Below are positions 1-7,659 of a stretch of DNA of 64,000 nt, piece by piece (within the stretch, counting starts at the first letter, position 1; every line of letters starts with the position of its first letter). Source of the stretch: Candidatus Micrarchaeia archaeon. Lineage in GTDB: Archaea > Micrarchaeota > Micrarchaeia > Anstonellales > Bilamarchaeaceae. A program made the position numbers and the translations under genes. The DNA lies in NCBI GenBank assembly GCA_041653635.1, contig JBAZFC010000001.1, positions 265,111 through 329,110 of the forward strand, in the 5' to 3' direction. Below the pieces are notes generated by a model. The model was given only the letters and a program-made list of their open reading frames with translations, ran no database searches and was not told the origin of the DNA.

Positions 1-1
1 T

Positions 2-667
2 GAAAAGGACAGGGTGGTGCTGGACGGCAACCACCGCATGACCGTATTGAAAGACATGGAATGCACGCACGCGGCGGTGCAGCCCGTCAATTATTCCGAC
101 CCAAAAATAGAGCTGGGCACATGGTATCCTGTTTCCAAGACATTTGAGATTGAGCAGTTCAGGAAGGCGGGCGTCAAGGTGGAGAAGGTGGATTTCAAGG
201 CGGGGATGGAGGCGCTTGATGCGTCAAAGGCGGCTTTTATGCTGGGCAGGAAGAACGGGGCTGGGAAGGAGGCGTGGTTGCTTTCCCCGGGCGAATATTC
301 CTCCATTGCATCCCTCCTTGAGGCGCAGAAAGCTGTGGTGGGTTCCACTGGAGTGAGCACGAATCCTGATGTGACTTATGTGGCGGACGATTTCGGGGAC
401 GTGGCGGAGAACAACGGGCTCGCGGTGCTCTACAGGAGGGCCTACACCAAAAAGGAGGTGGTGGAGAGGGCGAAGAGCGGGGTTCCTTTCCCTCCCAAAT
501 CTACCCGTCATCTTATCCCAAATAGGGTGGTACGCCTTAACATGAAGTTGGGATGGCTGTTTGAGAACAAGGATGAGGCGAGGCGGCTTATGCTGGAGAT
601 GCTCAAGAACAGGGTTTATTCGGGAAATGTGAGGAGATACCCGGAGCCGGTAATAGTAATCTATTGA
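2..667 (+). CDS. ParB/Srx-like nuclease-domain protein, 5' end cut off by the window edge. Possibly an ADP-dependent serine kinase (SerK-like).
   Basis: The frame is open back to nt 2. A DGNHR motif typical of the ParB/sulfiredoxin fold is present. The gene overlaps the downstream aminotransferase by 4 nt on the same strand, so it is co-operonic. The SerK assignment rests only on context and fold class. Confidence 0.45.
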   Translation, partial: EKDRVVLDGNHRMTVLKDMECTHAAVQPVNYSDPKIELGTWYPVSKTFEIEQFRKAGVKVEKVDFKAGMEALDASKAAFMLGRKNGAGKEAWLLSPGEYSSIASLLEAQKAVVGSTGVSTNPDVTYVADDFGDVAENNGLAVLYRRAYTKKEVVERAKSGVPFPPKSTRHLIPNRVVRLNMKLGWLFENKDEARRLMLEMLKNRVYSGNVRRYPEPVIVIY

Positions 668-681
668 ATGGAGGTAATGAA

Positions 682-1749
682 ATGGGATTATTGTTTGCGC
701 CAGGGCCGGTCTATGTGCCGGAGGAGATAATGCTCGCGCAGGTGCAGGAGATGTACACGCACAGGAGCGCGCTTTTCAAGGCATTATACACGGATTTGTG
801 CACGCGGAGCCAGAAATACCTGAACGCGGAGGAGGCATACCTGCTCACGGGCTCCGGGACGCTGGGGATTGAGGCGTGCATAGCGAACTGCTGCCTCCCG
901 GATGAGAAGATGCTCGTGCTGAGCAACGGGAACTTCGGGGATTTGCTCGCGGAGACGGCGAAGGTCTATACGAATGTGGACAAGAAATCCATACCCGCGG
1001 GAAAGGGCTGGAACCTTGAGAAGGCGAAGGAGCACATAGATGCCTCGGATGCTACTGTTTTCGGGATGGTCTATAATGAAACGGGATATGGTGTGCGGAA
1101 CCACGCCAAGGAGATTTATCAGTATGCGAAGAAGAAGGGCATGCTCACGATAATGGATTCTGTGTCCGCGTGGCCCTCGTTGCCCATGGACATGAAGGAG
1201 TTCGGCGTGGATTTCTTCGCGACGGGGTGCCAGAAGGCGATTGGCGCGCCCCCGGGGGCTGCAATCCTTGGGCTGGGCAAGGAGGCGATTGCGAGGTTTG
1301 AGAAGAGGGAGAAAATCCCCTCCCATTATTGCAACCTGAACAGGCACAGGAAGGTCTACAAGGAGAAGGGGCAGAGCCCGAACACGCCCGCGATTACGGT
1401 GTTCTGGGCGATACAGAAGTGCTACGACATCATGGACAGGGACGGCGGGATTCCGGCATGGGTTGAGAAGCACAGGGTGATTTCGGAATACGTGCGGGGG
1501 AGGATTGTGGGCATGGGGTTGGAGCTGCTCCCGGAAAAGGGGTTTGAGTCCTGGTCCCTCACTGCCTTCAAGCACGCGAAAGCGGCGGACGTGAAGAAGA
1601 TGCTTCTTGAGAAGTATGGGATTACCATTGTAGGGTGCAAGGCGGAATACAAGGACAATGGATTGCGCATGGCGCACATGGGGCTCTTTGATAAGAAGAA
1701 TATTGAGATTGGGCTGGATGCGCTTGAGGGCGTAGTGAAGAAGATTTGA
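682..1749 (+). CDS. Class V aminotransferase (serine-pyruvate or broad-specificity phosphoserine aminotransferase type).
   Basis: PLP fold-type I class V hallmarks are present. A GGAGGT RBS sits 7 nt before the ATG at 682. An in-frame ATG at 664 overlaps the upstream stop. Confidence 0.75.
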   Translation: MGLLFAPGPVYVPEEIMLAQVQEMYTHRSALFKALYTDLCTRSQKYLNAEEAYLLTGSGTLGIEACIANCCLPDEKMLVLSNGNFGDLLAETAKVYTNVDKKSIPAGKGWNLEKAKEHIDASDATVFGMVYNETGYGVRNHAKEIYQYAKKKGMLTIMDSVSAWPSLPMDMKEFGVDFFATGCQKAIGAPPGAAILGLGKEAIARFEKREKIPSHYCNLNRHRKVYKEKGQSPNTPAITVFWAIQKCYDIMDRDGGIPAWVEKHRVISEYVRGRIVGMGLELLPEKGFESWSLTAFKHAKAADVKKMLLEKYGITIVGCKAEYKDNGLRMAHMGLFDKKNIEIGLDALEGVVKKI

Positions 1750-1758
1750 GGGATTGGG

Positions 1759-2637
1759 ATGAAGATTGTCATTTCAGATGATTTGGACGCGGGCGCGGTT
1801 GAGCACATAAGGAAGGCGGGGGAGGTGGTGTATAAGCCCGCGGACCTTGATGCCGAACTAAAAGAGGCGGAAGTGCTTGTGGTGAGGAGCGCCACGAAAG
1901 TCACGAAGGAGTTTTTGGGTAAGGCGCCGAAGCTCAAAATAGTGTTCCGTGCCGGTGTAGGGGTTGATAACATAGACGTGGAGGCGTGCAAGGCACGGGG
2001 GGTTAAGGTGCAGAATACTCCCTCCGCTTCCACGAATGCGGTCGCGGAGATGGCGATTGGATGCGTCATCGGGCTCTTCAGGCAATTGGGAAGGGCGCAT
2101 CATTCCATGAAGACGGGGAAATGGGAGAAGAAATTGTTGATGGGGCACGAGGTGGAGGGGAAGACACTCGGTGTGATTGGATGCGGAAGGATTGGGTGCG
2201 CCGTCGCTACGAAGGCGCATGCGCTTGGAATGAAAGTGATTTCTTACAATCCGCCCCCCCGCATTGATTGCGCGGGAGTGAAGTATGTGGAGCTGGACGA
2301 ACTGCTTGCGCAGTCCGATGCGATTACAATACATGCGGCGCCAACGAAGGAGACGGAAAATATCATAAATGCGGGGACGATTGGGAAGATGAAGAAGGGC
2401 GCGTATGTAATCAATTTGGCGCGCGGGACGATGGTGGATGAGGAGGCGCTGTATTCCGCGCTTAAGGAAGGGCGGCTGGGCGGGGCTGCCCTGGATGTGT
2501 ATAAGGAGGAGCCGTACAAAGGGAAATTGCTTGAACTGGATAATGTGACATTCACTCCGCATATCGGGGGAAGCACATTTGAGGCGCAGGACAAGATCGG
2601 GGCGGTAATCGCCGAGGAGCTAAGAAAAGGGATTTAA
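1759..2637 (+). CDS. serA: D-3-phosphoglycerate dehydrogenase / D-isomer-specific 2-hydroxyacid dehydrogenase (short SerA type).
   Basis: A GxGxIG NAD-binding motif (GVIGCGRIG) and the catalytic-domain layout are present. It lies 10 nt after the aminotransferase. Confidence 0.75.
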   Translation: MKIVISDDLDAGAVEHIRKAGEVVYKPADLDAELKEAEVLVVRSATKVTKEFLGKAPKLKIVFRAGVGVDNIDVEACKARGVKVQNTPSASTNAVAEMAIGCVIGLFRQLGRAHHSMKTGKWEKKLLMGHEVEGKTLGVIGCGRIGCAVATKAHALGMKVISYNPPPRIDCAGVKYVELDELLAQSDAITIHAAPTKETENIINAGTIGKMKKGAYVINLARGTMVDEEALYSALKEGRLGGAALDVYKEEPYKGKLLELDNVTFTPHIGGSTFEAQDKIGAVIAEELRKGI

Positions 2638-2669
2638 GGGTTACAGGACAGTAAAGATGAGGGATTCAT

Positions 2670-2888
2670 ATGGCGAAAGTATTGCACATGAAGGACATAT
2701 GCATAGGGTGCGGGGCATGCGCGGCAGTTTGCCCGAAGTACTGGGAGATGAAGGGGGACGGGAAGTCCCACCTGAAGGGCGGAAAGAACACGAGCGGCGA
2801 GAACTTTGAGCTTGTGCTTCCTGCGGCTGAGTGCAACACGGAAGCCGCGGCATCCTGCCCGGTGAGCTGCATCAAGGTATCGAAGTGA
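2670..2888 (+). CDS. Small ferredoxin (single [4Fe-4S]/[3Fe-4S] cluster type).
   Basis: 72 aa with a CIGCGACAAVCP motif plus distal C-x-x-x-x-CP, like Thermococcales-type ferredoxins. Confidence 0.7.
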   Translation: MAKVLHMKDICIGCGACAAVCPKYWEMKGDGKSHLKGGKNTSGENFELVLPAAECNTEAAASCPVSCIKVSK

Positions 2889-2893
2889 TTTAA

Positions 2894-3412
2894 TTGGGAA
2901 TCTACACCCGAACCGGGGACGCCGGGGAGACCACCACGCATGTGGGCAAGAGGGTGATGAAGGACGACGCGCTGGTGGAGGCGTACGGCTCGCTGGACGA
3001 GCTGAATTCATTTTTGGGGCTTGCAATTGCCTTTTCGCCGAGCAAGGGCACGCAGGCCGTCCTGAAAAGGGTGCAGAAGGAGATATTTGACATAGGGGCT
3101 TCCATTTTTTCCGGCGGGATTCCGGTGGGGGAGGCGGACGTAAAGACGCTGGAGAAGGACATAGATGTTGTGGAAGAGAGGCTGAAGCCGCTCAAGCATT
3201 TCATCGTTCCTGGAGGGACGAAGGAGGCGGCTCTGCTGCACTGTGCCCGGACGGTCTGCAGGAGGGCGGAGAGGCGCCTTGTTTCGGCGAAGGCGGATAA
3301 GATGCTGATTAAGTATCTGAATAGGTTGAGCGACCTGCTGTTTGTTTTGGCCCGGCTTGAGAACGCCAAGCAGGGGATGGGCGAGGAGATTTGGAAAAAA
3401 GGAAAAATCTAA
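2894..3412 (+). CDS. ATP:cob(I)alamin adenosyltransferase, PduO/MMAB type.
   Basis: The N-terminal IYTRTGDAGET signature is present. A TTG start is implied by the ORF track. Confidence 0.8.
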   Translation: MGIYTRTGDAGETTTHVGKRVMKDDALVEAYGSLDELNSFLGLAIAFSPSKGTQAVLKRVQKEIFDIGASIFSGGIPVGEADVKTLEKDIDVVEERLKPLKHFIVPGGTKEAALLHCARTVCRRAERRLVSAKADKMLIKYLNRLSDLLFVLARLENAKQGMGEEIWKKGKI

Positions 3413-4162
3413 TCATATCCTCAGCACGCCCCTCAGCAGGAGAGTGGTGGAATCCGGCCCCTCAAATGAGAATGTGTGCCTCACTTGTGCGCCGAGCCCC
3501 AGCTCGGAGGTGAACATGTAATCAATGGTTGCCTCCCCGCATACAGACCTTCTGCTCAGAACCCAGTCCCAGTAGGTCTCCGCCCTCAAATTATCCGTAA
3601 TGTTCATCCATAGGTACAGCGCAAGCTTTGTATTAAGGAAATCCGTTGCCTCTCCGTGGTTCTGGGTGCCAACCGAGAAGGAAAGGATCCTCAGCAACAG
3701 GTTTATGTCCTGGCTTATTGGCGGGATGAAAACCATCCCTGCGCGGAGCGAATCCTCACCTGGCTCTAGTTCATATTGAACGAGCGGGCCTAGCCAGCCG
3801 AACATGCGGTGCAGCCGGAATTCAGTATGGCCGAACTTCAATTCAGGTGAATCGGCCTCCGCTGCCAGCGCATTCACTATCCCGGTGGCGGCGATTCCAT
3901 AGGGCAGCCTGCCGCCCCCGCTCACCCTGAGGTTCATCCCGCTTGAATCATTCTGTATATTGTAGGAATATGCCGGGTAAAAGGTGAGCGACGCCTCCTC
4001 TGCGTGGGCTTTCCTGGGTGCGGAGAAGTATAGTGTGACGGCGGCTGCGGCTACCAGCACCCCAAGCTTTGCCCTCCTGAAAAAGTCCCTTGTGCGGCCC
4101 CATTTCTGCGTTGGCTGGGCGTGCGGTTCCTTGCATACATGCATATTTCTTGGATTGTACAT
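3413..4162 (-). CDS. Secreted beta-strand-rich protein with a Sec signal peptide, of unknown function (MipA/OmpV-like barrel flavour).
   Basis: There is a long n-region and then the hydrophobic segment LGVLVAAAAVTLYFSAPRKAHA. Alternating hydrophobic patterns occur throughout. It lies tail-to-tail with the adenosyltransferase with zero gap. The true start is uncertain. Confidence 0.45.
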   Translation of the reverse strand: MYNPRNMHVCKEPHAQPTQKWGRTRDFFRRAKLGVLVAAAAVTLYFSAPRKAHAEEASLTFYPAYSYNIQNDSSGMNLRVSGGGRLPYGIAATGIVNALAAEADSPELKFGHTEFRLHRMFGWLGPLVQYELEPGEDSLRAGMVFIPPISQDINLLLRILSFSVGTQNHGEATDFLNTKLALYLWMNITDNLRAETYWDWVLSRRSVCGEATIDYMFTSELGLGAQVRHTFSFEGPDSTTLLLRGVLRI

Positions 4163-4220
4163 GTAGTAGTTAGTTAAATGATGTGGTATTTATTAACTTG
4201 TGGCATCTATACAATACCAC

Positions 4221-4227
4221 TATAAAG
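4221..4227 (+). promoter_or_regulatory. TATA-box-like element (TATAAAG) about 27 nt upstream of the TrmB-like ATG. This suggests a leaderless transcript.
   Basis: Sits in an AT-rich intergenic region, with spacing typical of an archaeal promoter. Confidence 0.4.
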
Positions 4228-4247
4228 ATTTGGAGCGTGGATTGCAT

Positions 4248-5012
4248 ATGAAGGTAGGGGAGTTATTCAGGGACGTCGGCTTCTCGGAAGGCGAGGGGAA
4301 GGTTTATGCGGCAATCCTTTCGCACAAGTCGCCCACGCTCCAGTCCATACACGAGGATACCGGGATAGAGAGGCGGAACGTATATGATATTGTAAATAAG
4401 CTCATCTCAAAGGGGCTGGCCACTTACTACATAGAAAACAAGAAGAAAATTTACCATATAACCCATCCGAACAAAATCCTCACCTACCTTGGTGAACAGG
4501 AAGAGGAGATTGAAAATTCCAAGAGGCTGGTGGGCGCGCAGCTCGGCGACCTTAACAAGATGTATGAGAGCAGCAAGGAAGAGATACACGCCGAATTGTA
4601 CCGGGGGAACGAGGGCGTGAAAACCCTGATGGAGGAGATGCTGGACTACAAAGACCATTACTTCATAGGCGGGAACCTAGGGGTGGTGAAATTCATCGGG
4701 GAGCTGTTCTGGACCAAGTGGAACAAGAAGAGGGAGGAAAAAAAGATCCGGTGGCATGACATAATAACCTGGCATAGCTTCGTAAGGGCGAATGACAGCA
4801 AGAGGCTTATGAAGATGAAATACTGCGAATACAAGTTCCTGCCCAAGGAGTTCTGGTCGCCGCACGTCATTTTCATATACGGGGACAAGGTCGCGAATGT
4901 GCTGTGGAGGGAGCAGAGCTTCGCATTCCAGATACAGAACGAGAGCATAATGAAGAGCTACTTGGATTATTTCAATTACCTTTGGAAAACGCTCCCGAAG
5001 CCTAATCCTTGA
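4248..5012 (+). CDS. TrmB-family transcriptional regulator (N-terminal wHTH plus C-terminal sensor domain).
   Basis: The N-terminal pattern is like TrmB. The start is taken at MKVGELF. GC is visibly lower than in the flanking genes. Confidence 0.6.
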   Translation: MKVGELFRDVGFSEGEGKVYAAILSHKSPTLQSIHEDTGIERRNVYDIVNKLISKGLATYYIENKKKIYHITHPNKILTYLGEQEEEIENSKRLVGAQLGDLNKMYESSKEEIHAELYRGNEGVKTLMEEMLDYKDHYFIGGNLGVVKFIGELFWTKWNKKREEKKIRWHDIITWHSFVRANDSKRLMKMKYCEYKFLPKEFWSPHVIFIYGDKVANVLWREQSFAFQIQNESIMKSYLDYFNYLWKTLPKPNP

Positions 5013-5502
5013 GGAAAAGCTTCCTGTATTTATCAGATATTTTTACCATATTAGTTTTTCCGTATTTCTCGCTGGAAACTATTCCTCTTTTCTCCAACTT
5101 TGCGAGGACGCGGTGGGCCTTCACTTTCCCTATTCCCTCTATCCTTGAGACCTCGGACTGGGTAATCCTTCCGCCCTCTGAAACGAGCCTGCCCATTATT
5201 TTGGATTCGTCCTTGTCCATGAGGGAAACGGCGAGCGCCGCGTCTGCCTCCTTCTTCACGGGTGCGGTGCGCTCATAGAATAGATAATAGGCGACCGCGC
5301 CGAGGATTGCGCCCCCTCCTATGAAAACGGGTATGAGGGAGATTAGGGTGTTCAGCTCCTGCTCATGCTGGCATTGCCCGTCTATCGTGCAGACTTCGGA
5401 AACGCCCTGCTGCGCGAGTGACGGAACCGTGACTATGAGGATGATTATCAGGAGAACGCCCGAAATCCCCCCGAGGTATGCGAGATTTTTCGATATTGCC
5501 AT
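5002..5502 (-). CDS. Membrane-anchored winged-helix transcriptional regulator. Two TM helices with an extracytoplasmic Cys-x5-Cys loop are followed by a cytoplasmic MarR-like wHTH.
   Basis: TM1 is GGISGVLLIIILIVTV. The loop is VCTIDGQCQ. TM2 follows. The wHTH is ITQSEVSRIEGIGKVKAHRVLAKLEKRGIV. A TTTATA sits about 25 nt upstream. The gene diverges from the copper operon. Confidence 0.55.
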   Translation of the reverse strand: MAISKNLAYLGGISGVLLIIILIVTVPSLAQQGVSEVCTIDGQCQHEQELNTLISLIPVFIGGGAILGAVAYYLFYERTAPVKKEADAALAVSLMDKDESKIMGRLVSEGGRITQSEVSRIEGIGKVKAHRVLAKLEKRGIVSSEKYGKTNMVKISDKYRKLFLKD

Positions 5503-5694
5503 GTGTATAATGCTGTATAAGTGGTATAAATGCCTTTTGGGGTCAAACCGGGAAGCCCGGGAATGGCGGGTAGAATGTGGAAGGGCTTCACGGTTTGAAG
5601 GGGAGGGTGCAAAGGGGCTCAAGGTTTCACTTTTCTCCGAATTGGTTACAGCAATTGAAATGTATGGTTTCAGCGTAAGAAACTATCGCCCAGG

Positions 5695-6996
5695 GTGGCT
5701 GGAAAGCTGCAATGGCGCGGAGTTGAGCAAGTGAAAACGGAAAAACTGAAAATCCGCGGGATGCACTGCACGTCCTGCGAAAAAAGGATTGAGGACGCGC
5801 TGAAAGGGGTGCAGGGTGTCGCGGGCGCGAAGGCCTCCTTTGCAAAGGGGGAGGTGGAGCTTCAGCTTGCGGACGGCGCGGACATCAAGAAAGTGGAGGA
5901 AGCTGTAAAGAAGGAAGGGTACTCCATAGGCGGAGGGGGGTGGTTCTGGGTAGTGATGGGGGTGGCGGCGATGTTTGCCGCCGCCTTCCTCCTGGAAAGC
6001 CTGGGAATCGGGATAGGGTTCCCTACGGTAGGAAGTGAAGTGGGTTATGCGGCATTGTTCATTTTGGGGCTGGCGACCGGATTCCACTGCATAGCGATGT
6101 GCGGGGGGTTCGTGCTCGGATATTCGTCCAAATCAGGGGCGGCAATAACCCCCCATATCTTGTACGGGGCGGGCAAGCTGCTCTCATATACATTCATAGG
6201 CGCGGTATTCGGATTGATTGGCTCGGCGATTGCATTTACTCCGGAGATGAGGGCAGGGGCTGCGCTGCTTGCAGGCATATTCCTTCTCTTGTACGGGCTG
6301 GGGATGCTTGGGATAAGCGGATTGGCTGGGATACGGTTTGGAATGCCGAAAATATTTGGGGACGCGATGGGGAAGCTGGGAGGGCGGGGGCCGCTCGTCA
6401 CAGGATTGCTGAACGGATTGATGATTGCGTGTGGTCCCCTTCAAGCGATGTACATATTCGCGGCTGGGACCGGGAGCGTAATGGCGGGGGGGACTGCGCT
6501 TTTCTTCTTCGGGCTGGGTACCTTGCCGGTGATGCTTGGGTTCGGGATAATCACGGCGAGGGCTGGCGGAAATGTGCCGGCAAGGTTTGCGTCCATTTCG
6601 GGATGGCTGGTGATATTCCTCGGGGTGCTTTTGCTGAACCAGGGGCTTACTCTTGCCGGGAGCGGGGTGGTGATCGGGACTGGTGGCGGCGGAGGGAACG
6701 CGACGATAGGGGGCGGAGGCGGGGCTCCTGCTTACCAGGAAATCCACATGAATGTAACATACTACGGGTTTGAGCCGAATGAATTCACGCTGAAGAAGGG
6801 AGTGCCGGTGAGGTGGGTGATAAACGGGGTGAGCATCACCTCCTGCAACAATCGGATAATAGTGCCGGCGTATGGATTGGAGTTTGACGTGCGGCGGGGG
6901 GAGCAGGTGATTGAATTCACTCCTACAGAAACTGGAGAGGTAAGATGGTCGTGCTGGATGGGGATGATACCCGGGAAATTTGTAGTTGTGGAATGA
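5695..6996 (+). CDS. Three-domain copper-handling membrane protein: an N-terminal HMA domain (GMHCTSCEK), then a polytopic DsbD_2/COG2836-like membrane domain carrying an HCIAMCGG motif, then a C-terminal cupredoxin-like domain.
   Basis: The motifs can be read directly from the translation. Gly-rich linkers separate the domains. The start may instead be the in-frame GTG at 5731 (VKTEKLKIRGMHC). Confidence 0.6.
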   Translation: MAGKLQWRGVEQVKTEKLKIRGMHCTSCEKRIEDALKGVQGVAGAKASFAKGEVELQLADGADIKKVEEAVKKEGYSIGGGGWFWVVMGVAAMFAAAFLLESLGIGIGFPTVGSEVGYAALFILGLATGFHCIAMCGGFVLGYSSKSGAAITPHILYGAGKLLSYTFIGAVFGLIGSAIAFTPEMRAGAALLAGIFLLLYGLGMLGISGLAGIRFGMPKIFGDAMGKLGGRGPLVTGLLNGLMIACGPLQAMYIFAAGTGSVMAGGTALFFFGLGTLPVMLGFGIITARAGGNVPARFASISGWLVIFLGVLLLNQGLTLAGSGVVIGTGGGGGNATIGGGGGAPAYQEIHMNVTYYGFEPNEFTLKKGVPVRWVINGVSITSCNNRIIVPAYGLEFDVRRGEQVIEFTPTETGEVRWSCWMGMIPGKFVVVE

Positions 6997-7009
6997 TGAG
7001 GTGAAACAA

Positions 7010-7603
7010 ATGGAAAAAAGGACTTTGTTGGCGTTTGGGTTGATTGTGGGCATCGTGCTTGCCGCCATTGTTTATGCTGCGGCGGTGTTGCCGAAGCCGG
7101 TTTCGGCTGATGCGGGGGTTGGCGCATGCGGGGCAGGCGCTGCTGGCGGCTGCTATGCGAACAGCGGGGACGGCGCCGGGCTGGCGGCGGTGCCTGCGAC
7201 GTACGCCCCGGCAGCGGTCCCGAACCGCAGCAGGGAAGAACTGGAACTGCAGGCGGATGCGGGCGTGCGCACGGTGGAGCTGGGCTTTGACTGGGGCTCC
7301 GGGAATTATGACCCGCAGGAAATAAGGGTGCGCGTCGGGGACAGGGTGAGGATTGAGGCGGATACAAGCGAGCTGAGGGGATGCATGTCCACGCTCGTGA
7401 TAAACGGGATGGGCGTGAGCAAGAGGATTACTGTGGCGGACAACGTGCTGGAATTCACGGCGGGCGCGCCGGGGCAGTACCGGCTCACGTGCGGGATGGG
7501 CATGGGCAACGGATTGCTCATAGTCGAGGACCAGTACGGGAACGTTCCGGCTGGGGAGGCGGCTGCGCCGGCAAGAACCGGGGGGTGTGGATGTGGTGGA
7601 TAG
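7010..7603 (+). CDS. Membrane-anchored cupredoxin-like copper-binding protein with a C-terminal GGCGCGG tail.
   Basis: There is an N-terminal TM anchor. The C-terminal domain is paralogous to the end of the previous gene and shares an RxxCxMGM motif. A GAGGTGA RBS sits 6 nt before the ATG at 7010. Confidence 0.55.
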   Translation: MEKRTLLAFGLIVGIVLAAIVYAAAVLPKPVSADAGVGACGAGAAGGCYANSGDGAGLAAVPATYAPAAVPNRSREELELQADAGVRTVELGFDWGSGNYDPQEIRVRVGDRVRIEADTSELRGCMSTLVINGMGVSKRITVADNVLEFTAGAPGQYRLTCGMGMGNGLLIVEDQYGNVPAGEAAAPARTGGCGCGG

Positions 7604-7659
7604 GCGCAGTACGCTCTGGAACGGCGACAAAATAATAAACTGAAATACGAGGTGGAAAC

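Noticed and set aside
784-1677. A 297 aa minus-strand ORF, and many similar long antisense ORFs (for example 6184-7068, 6923-7675, 8227-9033, 10938-11834, 31723-33090, 33926-35269, 43649-44206, 48241-49071, 63145-63729).
   Set aside because: They lie antisense to strongly supported genes in ~60% GC DNA. The translations are Arg/Pro/His-rich and low-complexity, with no motifs. They are typical high-GC frame artefacts.
2061-2267. Small internal ORFs within the PGDH, pheS and alaS genes on alternative frames.
   Set aside because: They are nested in well-supported CDSs and have no independent signals.
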